A program made the translations under genes and the position numbers. Shown piece after piece: positions 51,392 to 64,000 of a DNA stretch of 64,000 nt. This DNA comes from an uncultured Chloroflexia bacterium. GTDB lineage: Bacteria; Chloroflexota; Limnocylindria; Limnocylindrales; CSP1-4. The notes under the pieces were generated by a model. The model had not been told where the DNA came from. It worked only from the letters and a program-made list of their open reading frames with translations, and made no database searches. Within the stretch, counting starts at the first letter, position 1; the number at the start of each line of letters is the position of its first letter. Where the stretch lies: NCBI GenBank assembly GCA_963768655.1, contig CAVYIM010000006.1, positions 96,001 to 160,000 of the forward strand, read 5' to 3'.

Positions 51392-52811
51392 ATGACGGAC
51401 CGGAGCTTCCAGTGCGCCAACGACGAATCGCGAGCGCGGCTCGCGCGACTCATCGCGACGCTCACTCCGGCCCGGGTGGGGGTCGATGCGGGCGGTGGCT
51501 GGACGGTGGCGTCGGCACTCGCCCACATGGCGTTCTGGGACCGCTGGCAGGCGGCTCGCTGGCGCGAGACGCTGTCCGGTGAGGGCATGGCCCCCACGCA
51601 GGACACCCGCGCGTCCGAGACCCTGGCCAACATCGCTCTTGAGTCGCTCCTGGCCGGGATCGCCCCCGCGGATCTCCCGGCGATGGCCCTTGCGTCGGCG
51701 GAGGAAGTGGACGGCCTCATCGCGAGCGCCCCGGACGTCACAGTCGAGGCGATCGAGGGAGGCGTGACCGACTATCTCCTGCACCGCCACCGCCACCGGA
51801 ACGAGCACATCGACCAGATGGAGCGGGCGCTCGAAGCCGCCTCCCCAAGGGTCGCAGACCGCAGTTTCGTCGCTCGAAACGCCGCCAGCCGGCAGCGCCT
51901 CGCTTCAATCGTGGAACGCCTGCGCGAGTCGGACATGACGCTGATCACCGAGGAGGGCGGCTGGACCGTGGCCCAGGCTCTCGCCCATGTCGCGTTCTGG
52001 GATCGGTCGACCGCAGCCCGCTGGAAGGTCGCTCGGGCGAGCTGCCGCCGAAGGCAAGCCCCTCGATCCGTTCCAGATCTCATATGCCCTGCTCGACGGC
52101 CTCAACCCGCCGCTGGCGGAAATGGTGGATGCCTGGACCGGCCGATTGGGCGTAGCCATTGGCCGCGAGACGCTGGACTCGGCGGCCGCGGTCGATGCGA
52201 TCATCGAGTCGCTGGCTGACAGCCTGCCGGATTCGCTCATCGCCGAGAAGCCCAACCTCGTGGGGCGCTGGGTTCATCGCGAGGCGCACATCGAACAGCT
52301 GGAGCGAGCGCTGGCAGCAGGACGTCCTGCGGCGGCTCCGGTCGATCGCTCGTACGACGCCCGCAATGAGGCGAGTCTGGCTCGGCTGCGCGATCTCCTG
52401 GGCCAACTTTCGGCCGCCGACCTTGCTCTTTCCCCCGGAGAGGGCTCCTGGACGGTCGGCCAGACGCTCGGGCATCTGACGTTCTGGGACCGCTTTCTCG
52501 CGTCCCGATGGCGAGCGGCGGTTGCGGCCGGGCCTGGTGAACAGCCGTCATTCCTGCCGCACGAGCTGGCCGATCTCATCAACGACGGGCTTCCGCCCAC
52601 CTGGTTGGCGTTCGCGTCGAGCTCGCCGGAGGCGGCCATCGCCGAGACGCTGGCGGCGGCCGAGGCGGTCGATAACCTGATCTCAGGCCTGCCGGAGACG
52701 GCGCCGATCGAGGCTGTCCTGGCCGGCCGACCGGCGCTCCTCGACCGCTCGATCCACCGTCTGGAGCATCTCGAGGGGCTGGAGAAGGCCATCGCCGCAC
52801 GCCGCGGATGA
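51392..52811 (+). pseudogene. Protein with three tandem DinB/MDMPI-like domains, split by a +1 frameshift at ~52036
   Basis: Three repeats of WTVxxxLxHxxFWDR...HRxxHxxxxE; the frame changes within repeat 2. Confidence 0.75.
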
Positions 52812-52997
52812 CCTGGCGGGGCGGGTCAGCCCCGCCAGACCGGCCGGTTCGAGCTTCGATCCGGGCCGTCGATGTGTGGACAGCGCGCACCGCGGTGGGG
52901 CTTTTGGCCTACCCGTTCTAGTACATATGGCGTACCATATCCCGGCAATCGTCCGCCCTCCGTCCCCAGGGGTAGCTGTCAGTTGGAGGTAGAGAAC

Positions 52998-53138
52998 ATG
53001 CGCCTTACGTCTCGCGGCCAGGGCCTCGCGGAATATGCCCTCATCCTGGCGCTCATCGCCATCCTCGCGATTACCGCTCTGCTCTTCCTGAGCGGCCAGA
53101 TCGACTCGATCCTGAGCGCCATCGGCAACGCGCTCTAG
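52998..53138 (+). CDS. Flp/Fap type IVb pilin
   Basis: G|QGLAEYALIL prepilin motif with hydrophobic helix; GGAGG RBS. Confidence 0.9.
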   Translation: MRLTSRGQGLAEYALILALIAILAITALLFLSGQIDSILSAIGNAL

Positions 53139-53253
53139 GCGCAGGACCAACACATCGAAACGGGCGGCACGAGCCGCCCGTTTCGCGATTCCTGCGGGTC
53201 GCGCCCTTTTGGCCTGCGGCGCGGGCGAGACGGACCGGTCCCCCTGGCGGCCC

Positions 53254-54024
53254 CTAAGTCCGCTTCCTCGCCTTCCAGACCTCTTCGCAGGGCCAGCGGC
53301 GGGCCCAGTCGGCAGTCACATACTTGGCGGGGGCGGCTGAGCCTTCCGGAGCCTGGATCTCGATCAGATCCTGGATCTCGAAGCCGCTCTCGCGCAGCAG
53401 CCTGACCATCTCGCCGTGGGGGATGTTGAACTCCACGGAGTCGTCGTCCGACCATTCGAAGCGATGCATTCCGAACTGGGCGCGAAGAAGCGACTCGACG
53501 GCCGCTGCATCCTCGGCGTCAGGGCTGCAGAGCATGAAGAGCGGGCTGGACTTCAGGAAGTGAAGCCGCCCGCGCGGACGCAGCAGCCGTGCCGCCTCGG
53601 GAATCCAGCGAAATGGATCGGCCCAGGTCGCAGCGCCGTACTCGGAGACGGCGAAGTCGAAGCTGGCGTCGGGCAGGGGCACGGACTCCGCGTTGCCCAG
53701 CAGCAGCGGGAACTCCAGGGCGTGCTCGGCCTGAAGCCGCCGAGCCGTCTCCAGCTGCCCGGGCGAGTTGTCGATCCCGACCGGCCTGGCACCCCGGCGC
53801 GCCAGCCAGGCCGAGACGTACGCGGTGCCACAGCCCAGCTCGATGGCGTCCAGGCCGGCCACGTCCTCGAGCATCCCGAGATCGGCTTCCGGGACGCCCC
53901 AGATGCCCCAGGTCGGTTCATGCAAGGCCCAGTGGCGCTCGCCCGAGGCAGCCCAGTCGGGCGCCCAGCTATCCCACACGGCCCGGTTGCGTTGCGCGTA
54001 GTCGGGCAGCTCGAGGTCGCTCAT
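53254..54024 (-). CDS. Class I SAM-dependent methyltransferase
   Basis: IELGCGTAY, GIDNS, SFDFAVSEYGA, RLLRPRG. Confidence 0.9.
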   Translation of the reverse strand: MSDLELPDYAQRNRAVWDSWAPDWAASGERHWALHEPTWGIWGVPEADLGMLEDVAGLDAIELGCGTAYVSAWLARRGARPVGIDNSPGQLETARRLQAEHALEFPLLLGNAESVPLPDASFDFAVSEYGAATWADPFRWIPEAARLLRPRGRLHFLKSSPLFMLCSPDAEDAAAVESLLRAQFGMHRFEWSDDDSVEFNIPHGEMVRLLRESGFEIQDLIEIQAPEGSAAPAKYVTADWARRWPCEEVWKARKRT

Positions 54025-54053
54025 CGCCCAAGCATCGCACGTGGAGGCGGCGC

Positions 54054-54110
54054 TTGACAGTCCAAGCGGCCCTGGTTAGGCTGTTAGCACTCTCATTGGT
54101 AGAGTGCTAA
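54054..54110 (+). promoter_or_regulatory. sigma70 promoter and CIRCE (HrcA operator) of groES-groEL
   Basis: TTGACA 54054-54059, 17 bp, TAGGCT 54077-54082; perfect TTAGCACTC-N9-GAGTGCTAA at 54084-54110. Confidence 0.97.
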
Positions 54111-54290
54111 TGAGTCGGTGAGGTTTCGGAGCGACGTGGCGCTGCCGTGATAGCAGGCCGCCGGCCCGAAGGCCCCGCCGACGGAGCATTCAGTAGGAGC
54201 GGCGGCGTCGACCAATCGGCGCCCCATCAGATCCACATCCAGGAGTCGCGACGGCTGGTACGAGCCGGTCGTCTACAGGAGGATTGCGCG

Positions 54291-54605
54291 TTGGCAACGG
54301 CCACTGCGACCAGCAAGAAGCTTCGGCCCCTCGGCGATCGCGTCGTCATCAAGCCGACCCCTCGCGAAGACATGACCAAGAGCGGCATCGTCCTGCCGGA
54401 CACGGCCAAGGAGAAGCCGCAGGAGGGTCTCATCCTCGCCGCCGGCCCCGGGAAGATTCTCGATGACGGCACGCGAGAAAAGATGGACGTCAAGGAAGGC
54501 GATCGGGTCCTGTACTCGAAGTACGCCGGCACCGAGTTCAAGGTGGACGGCGAGGAGCTCCTCATCGTCAGCCAGAAGGACATCCTGGCCATCGTCGAGC
54601 CGTAG
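54291..54605 (+). CDS. groES: Co-chaperonin GroES
   Basis: LRPLGDRVVIK, SGIVLPDTAKEKPQEG, YSKYAGTE; AGGAGG RBS, TTG start. Confidence 0.97.
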   Translation: MATATATSKKLRPLGDRVVIKPTPREDMTKSGIVLPDTAKEKPQEGLILAAGPGKILDDGTREKMDVKEGDRVLYSKYAGTEFKVDGEELLIVSQKDILAIVEP

Positions 54606-54632
54606 CGTCCGTCAGGCGCACGTCGACACTGA

Positions 54633-56315
<1,683 letters not shown>

Positions 56316-56333
56316 CCACTCAGACGGACAGGT

Positions 56334-56368
56334 AAGAGGGCCCCGGGCGTGTAGCCCGGGGCCCTCTT
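56334..56368. terminator. Strong hairpin after groEL
   Basis: AAGAGGGCCCCGGGC-GTGTA-GCCCGGGGCCCTCTT perfect inverted repeat. Confidence 0.8.
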
Positions 56369-56472
56369 CCTACAGGGTGAGACAACCGCTCACCAGGCAG
56401 CCGTTCGTTTGACACTTACCTGGGACCCGCTCAGTGTGGCTCCACAAGTCAGGCCCCAGAGGAGGACACATA

Positions 56473-57447
56473 GTGTTCCGCGCCCCCAGACCAGCTCTCT
56501 CCCTGTTGCTCGGTCTCGTAGTCGTCGTTGCCAGCGCGTGTAGCGCCGCCGCCACCACCGCGCCCGGTGGGGGAGGCGGTACTTCCGGCGCACCGACTTC
56601 CGCAGCTTCCGGCGCCCCGACCGCGATGGCATCCGGCGCGCCAACGGCGGCGGCCTCGGCCGCCAACCCTAATGACCCCAATTCGATCATCACGGCCGCC
56701 ATCTCGGGCGGAGAGAAGATCAAGTCGTTCCACATCGACATCGAGGTCAGCGGGACGATCAAGGCGGCGGCCCTCAAGGCCGAGGCTGGCAGCGCAGGCG
56801 CCGGCATCACCAGCGACATCAAGCTCGACGGCACGTCCCTCACGGGCGACGTCGACGTGGCCAACCAGGCTGCCCATCTCACGTTCACGGTGCCGCCGAT
56901 GGCGATGCTTGGCAACGTGCCGCTGACCGGCGACCTGATCCTCAAGAACTCAATCCTCTATTACAAGGTCAGCCTCCTGGGCACCAAGTACACCAAGATG
57001 GACCTTGCTTCCCTGGGCGGCAGCCTCGGGGCCCTGAGCAGCAGTCTCCCGGTCGCAGTCCCGACCGCCGCCGCCTCGACGTTGAACATCACCGATGAGA
57101 TCAATCAGCTCCGGGCGGAGATGAACCAGGCCGGCGTCAAGGTGACGCTGGTCGGCGTGGAGCAGATCGGCGGCCAGGACGCCAACCACCTCAACATATC
57201 GTTCCCGCTTGCAACGCTCAACGCCGAGATCGCCGCCGCGGCGCCGAGCACCGGCCCGGTCCCGACGATCGACTCCGCGTCTCTCGATGTGTGGATCTAC
57301 AAGGCCAACGCTCAGCTGGCCAAGATCGAGCTAAAGGGCGCCTCGTCCACGCTCGGCAACCTCGACGTCGTCGTGACGATCACCAACTACGATGCCCCCG
57401 TCACGATCAAGGCTCCGGCGGCGAGCGAGATCAGCCCCGCCTCGTAA
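56473..57447 (+). CDS. LppX/LprAFG-like lipoprotein
   Basis: ASAC lipobox; KSFHIDIEVSG, GDVDVANQA, DVWIY, TNYDAPVTIKAP. Confidence 0.7.
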   Translation: MFRAPRPALSLLLGLVVVVASACSAAATTAPGGGGGTSGAPTSAASGAPTAMASGAPTAAASAANPNDPNSIITAAISGGEKIKSFHIDIEVSGTIKAAALKAEAGSAGAGITSDIKLDGTSLTGDVDVANQAAHLTFTVPPMAMLGNVPLTGDLILKNSILYYKVSLLGTKYTKMDLASLGGSLGALSSSLPVAVPTAAASTLNITDEINQLRAEMNQAGVKVTLVGVEQIGGQDANHLNISFPLATLNAEIAAAAPSTGPVPTIDSASLDVWIYKANAQLAKIELKGASSTLGNLDVVVTITNYDAPVTIKAPAASEISPAS

Positions 57448-57658
57448 CCGACCACGCCCGGGGCGCGCCCGGGCCGATGATGGCCACCGGGCCTGACAGC
57501 TTACCGAAACCCCGGGTCACACCGGGGTTTCGGCGTTCCTGGACTTCGGCCGGTGGCAGGCGCCGGCCGGCCGCTCGCCGACGCGGGCCGGGGTCATTTG
57601 ACACGACTCCCTCGGGCCAGCAGTCTCTCCCTGCACACGCACACAGGGAGGGTGAGTC

Positions 57659-58486
57659 GTGATCCGTGTTCCAAGGCCGGGGCTGGTCTTCGTCGCGCTC
57701 GCAGGCGCCGTCATCGCCGGCGGCTGCGGCGGCAGCTCCGGCACTCCAGCGGCCCCGCCGATCAGCGATCCGAACGTCGTCATCACCAGGTCCGTTGGCG
57801 CGGTGCCGGCGGTCACGTCGGTCCACGTCAAGGTCGAGGTCGGCGGCAAGGTGAACGCCGGCGCTCTGTCGGGCTCGGGCTCCGGCGGATTCGGTCTGAG
57901 TGGCAACTTGGATCTCACCGGGACGACGGCCGAGGGCGATGTTGACGTAGTCAATCAGGCCACCGACCTCAAGATCACGCTACCCAGCCCGCTCGGTAGC
58001 GGCGAGGTCATCGTCGTTGAGGGCAACCTGTACTACGAGTTCAGCCTGTATGGCGGCAAGTTCAGCGAAACCAAGCTCAGCGACGCCGTGCCGATGAGCA
58101 TCCCGAGCCCGGGTGCCGTGGCCAGCGTTGACCCGTCCGCGGCGATGGCCGCGCTGACCAAGGCCCTGGACGACGCGGGTGCCAGGGCGACTCTCATGGC
58201 CGACGACAAAGTCGCCGGCAAAGACGTGTACCACGTCTCGGTGTCGATCCCGGTCGACAAGATCAACGCCCTGCTCGCCGCCGAGGGCGGTTCTGCCACG
58301 GCAGGCATGAAGCTCGACAGCGCGTCCTTCGACTACTGGGTGTACAAGGACAGCGTGCTGCCTGCCAAATTCGAGATCAAGGGCGACGCCGGGACGTTGG
58401 GCAGCCTCGACGTCGTCGTGACTTTGACCGGTTACAACGAGGCTGTGAACATCAAGGCCCCCGCGGCGAGCGACATCGGGGCCTGA
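57659..58486 (+). CDS. LppX/LprAFG-like lipoprotein
   Basis: AGGC lipobox; SVHVKVEVGG, GDVDVVNQA, DYWVY, GYNEAVNIKAP. Confidence 0.7.
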   Translation: MIRVPRPGLVFVALAGAVIAGGCGGSSGTPAAPPISDPNVVITRSVGAVPAVTSVHVKVEVGGKVNAGALSGSGSGGFGLSGNLDLTGTTAEGDVDVVNQATDLKITLPSPLGSGEVIVVEGNLYYEFSLYGGKFSETKLSDAVPMSIPSPGAVASVDPSAAMAALTKALDDAGARATLMADDKVAGKDVYHVSVSIPVDKINALLAAEGGSATAGMKLDSASFDYWVYKDSVLPAKFEIKGDAGTLGSLDVVVTLTGYNEAVNIKAPAASDIGA

Positions 58487-58663
58487 AGACGGCGGGCGCG
58501 CCCGCCCCAGTCGGCCTGGATCCCTGGGCCGGCCCGGGGTCTCGTCCTCGGATGCTCAGTGGCGCGATTTCGATCGGTTCCGGGGCGCTTCAGCGAGTCC
58601 ATCCTGCGCGACTTGCGGGGAGGCGATAGAGTCATGCGTCGGCGCCCCGACAGGAGGATTTAC

Positions 58664-59710
58664 GTGTTTCTTCGCAGGTCTATCGCAACCGCGGCCAGCG
58701 GCCTGGTCGTGATTGTCGCGCTCGTTGCCGGCTGCAGCTCCAGCACGCCGTCGCTGTCTGACCCGCACAAGATCCTGGACAACATGGTCAACGCGATGGC
58801 GGGCGTCAAGTCCGTTCATTTCGAGCTGACGGCCCTTGGGCAGATGCAACTCGGCGTTACGCCCACGGCAGGCCCCACGGACACGAGCTCGCCCACGGAC
58901 ACGAGCTCGCCCACGGACACGAGCTCGCCGGCTGCGTCCGAAAGCCCAAGCGCCGTCGCTTCGGCAACGGCTTCGGCCAGCGTTACGGCTTCGGCCAGCG
59001 GGTCCGCGGCGGCAAGCGGTTCGCCCGCGGCGAGCCTCACGCCGGTTCCGACCGCGACGCCCGCGCCCACTCCGACGCCGGTGCCCACTCCGACGCCGGT
59101 GCCCACTCCGACGCCGGTGCCCACTCCGACGCCGGGGCCCTTTACGATTCCGCTCGATGGCACGACGGCCAGCGGCGACATCGATCAGGCCAATGCCGCC
59201 GCCCACATCACGGGCACGGTGCCGGGGATTCCGGACTTCGCCGGAGAGATCATCGTGGTCGGCGGCAACGCGTACCTGCGGGCTCCGGGCCAGAACATCT
59301 ACTCGACTGAGGCCGCCAGCAGCCTCCCTCTCGATCCCTCGAGCGGCCTCCTGTCGGAGTTCCAGACGATCCTGACCACCGCCGACAACAAGGACCTGAA
59401 TCCCAAGCTGATCGGGATCGAAGCGAGGCCGGGAGGCTCGTGCTATCACATCCAGGTCCAGGCCACGCCCGATCTCGTCTACAACGTGATGGACCTCACC
59501 GGCCAGGGTGTCGGGTACGCCATCGCGGACATATGGATCTATCAGAGCAGCTTCCTCGTCGAGCACATCGAGCTGCACACGAGCGACCCCGTGGCCGGCT
59601 CGGCGGCGATCCGCCTGGTCCTGTCCGAGTACAACAGCGTCGCCCCGATCGAGGCCCCGGCCGCGGGCCAGTTCGACCCGTCCGGGCTCTCCGCTCCGGC
59701 TGCCACGTAA
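58664..59710 (+). CDS. LppX/LprAFG-like lipoprotein with internal Pro/Thr/Ser repeat insert
   Basis: VAGC lipobox; SVHFELT, GDIDQANAA, DIWIY, EYNSVAPIEAP; 18-bp tandem repeats (PTDTSS, PTPTPV). Confidence 0.7.
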   Translation: MFLRRSIATAASGLVVIVALVAGCSSSTPSLSDPHKILDNMVNAMAGVKSVHFELTALGQMQLGVTPTAGPTDTSSPTDTSSPTDTSSPAASESPSAVASATASASVTASASGSAAASGSPAASLTPVPTATPAPTPTPVPTPTPVPTPTPVPTPTPGPFTIPLDGTTASGDIDQANAAAHITGTVPGIPDFAGEIIVVGGNAYLRAPGQNIYSTEAASSLPLDPSSGLLSEFQTILTTADNKDLNPKLIGIEARPGGSCYHIQVQATPDLVYNVMDLTGQGVGYAIADIWIYQSSFLVEHIELHTSDPVAGSAAIRLVLSEYNSVAPIEAPAAGQFDPSGLSAPAAT

Positions 59711-59788
59711 CCCCGCCGGACGATCGGGCCCCGGCGCTTTCCGGGCGCCGGTAAGCCGGCGCCATTCGGCCGCTTCTACAATCTCGGA

Positions 59789-62566
<2,778 letters not shown>

Positions 62567-62688
62567 CCGGCGCCAGTGGCCGAAATCGCAAGACCCATCG
62601 CCCGGCGGGCCGGTACCATGGGTCGGCCATCGGCCGGGACGCTTCAGTCGGCCTCAAGCAATCGAATCCAGGTAGGACACACACGAAG

Positions 62689-63249
62689 ATGACAAAGTCG
62701 AACGTATCGCGATCCAGCCGCGTCAAGGTTGGCGGCAAGAACTCCGTTGAGCCGTGCGCCTGCTGCGGCATCGCCCCGGACCCGCGCGGCCGCCCGCTTT
62801 CGATCACCTTCGAGCAGCCGGATGTGTTCGACCAGATTCACCCCGCGCTTCTTGAAACCTGGGGCGGCGACCCCTTCCTTGCGATCAAGAACGTCGGCTT
62901 CTTCCTTCGGGTCATCCTGCCGGTGAAGCTGGACGGCGGCTTCGCGATCGATTTCGGGACCTGGCTGGAGATCGACAACGAGGATTTCCGGACGGCCTGG
63001 CAGACCTGGAACTTCCCAGAGTACAAGGATCTCGAGATCGAAGGCTACGTGGCCAACCAGATCGCGCCGTTCGACAGGTTCGCGCACGCGCTGGCCAAGG
63101 TGACCGTTCGAGAGCCGGAACAGGTCCCGTACCTGACGAGCAGCGAAGACGAGGCCTTCACGAAGCTGCTGACCGATACCTGGCCGCACGCGAAGGTGCT
63201 CGCGCCCTACGCGGATCTGCTGAAGTCGGAGCTCCCGCTCGAGGGCTGA
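62689..63249 (+). CDS. DUF2199-like protein
   Basis: CACCG, FFLRVILPV, FGTWLEI, EGYVANQI. Confidence 0.65.
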   Translation: MTKSNVSRSSRVKVGGKNSVEPCACCGIAPDPRGRPLSITFEQPDVFDQIHPALLETWGGDPFLAIKNVGFFLRVILPVKLDGGFAIDFGTWLEIDNEDFRTAWQTWNFPEYKDLEIEGYVANQIAPFDRFAHALAKVTVREPEQVPYLTSSEDEAFTKLLTDTWPHAKVLAPYADLLKSELPLEG

Positions 63250-63310
63250 CCTCGACGTCGGTCGCCGTTCCGAGGCCGGCCGCGCCCGCGGCGCGCGATA
63301 CGATCACATC

Positions 63311-64000
63311 ATGCCCACGGCCACGGTGCGGTTCCACGGATCGCTGAACGACTTCCTGCCGGCGACGCGGCGCGGCCTGGTTATCGAGTACGGATTCGAG
63401 GGCGGGCCGGCCATCAAGGACGCGATCGAAGCTCTGGGCGTCCCGCATCCCGAGGTCGACTCGATCGTCGCGAACGGCCGGCGCGTCGGCTTCGGATACC
63501 GGCTTCGGCCGGGCGACCGGATCGAGGTCCGCGGGCTCGAACCGGCGGCCGAAACCGCGGCCGAACCGGCGGCCGAAACCGCGGCCGAACCGGCGGTTCC
63601 CGGCCTGATCCCGGCCGCGCCCATTCCGCCGCGCTTCGTCCTCGATGGGCATCTGGGCCGGCTGGCCCGCTACCTGCGCATGCTCGGCTTCGATGCCTGG
63701 TACCAGAACCTGGTCGCCGATGAGGCACTGGCGCACCTGTCGGCGGCCGGGGACCGGATCCTCCTGACCCGCGACCGGGGCCTGCTGAAGCGGTCGGCCG
63801 TACGCCTCGGCTACCTCGTCCGGGACGACGCTCCGCGCCGTCAGCTCGACGAGGTCGTGTCCCGCTTCGGGCTGGCGCCTCTGGCGAAGCCGTTCAGTCG
63901 CTGTGTCCGTTGCAACGGCCTGCTCGAACAGGTGGATCGGTCGGCGGTGGCCGAGCGGCTTGCCGGGGAGCCGCGGACACTTCGGTTCTTCGACACCTTC
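63311..64000 (+). CDS. Mut7-C ubiquitin-like + PIN-like RNase domain protein (runs off the window)
   Basis: VRFHGSLNDFLP, KDAIEALGVPHPEV, FVLDGHLGRLARYLRMLGFD, LLTRDRGL, RCVRCNG. Confidence 0.9.
   Translation, partial: MPTATVRFHGSLNDFLPATRRGLVIEYGFEGGPAIKDAIEALGVPHPEVDSIVANGRRVGFGYRLRPGDRIEVRGLEPAAETAAEPAAETAAEPAVPGLIPAAPIPPRFVLDGHLGRLARYLRMLGFDAWYQNLVADEALAHLSAAGDRILLTRDRGLLKRSAVRLGYLVRDDAPRRQLDEVVSRFGLAPLAKPFSRCVRCNGLLEQVDRSAVAERLAGEPRTLRFFDTF

Overview
High-GC bacterial DNA, plausibly Chloroflexota; this is inferred from a CIRCE element, a GAAC-N4-GTTC LexA-type box, purS/purQ/purL, an Flp pilin and the surface-protein repertoire. The window has three zones. (1) 1-16.2 kb is an accessory island anchored in a shattered ssb gene on the minus strand. 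Four long ssb fragments and four ~25-35 bp ssb-derived sites delimit seven short units carrying one cargo gene each (membrane protein, pseudo-receiver, hypothetical, EAL, small membrane protein, zinc-finger/Kelch, YegP). A larger element with the same end as the YegP unit runs off the left edge (HTH-ATPase, ECF sigma pair, LexA-boxed putative HEPN pair). Several units share a conserved ~50-130 bp end next to a GTTAGGT-like core. This looks like an integron-like cassette array that uses ssb as its attachment site; no recombinase gene is in the window. (2) 16.3-32.1 kb holds RCC1-repeat genes, deoC and three large secreted proteins with a shared C-terminal module. (3) 32.2-64 kb is housekeeping: a 6S-like RNA candidate, purA-D-B-C-S-Q-L-F-M-NH, metG, tatD, flp, CIRCE-groES-groEL, three LppX-like lipoproteins, pcrA, DUF2199 and a Mut7-C gene. 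All calls were made by eye, without database searches.
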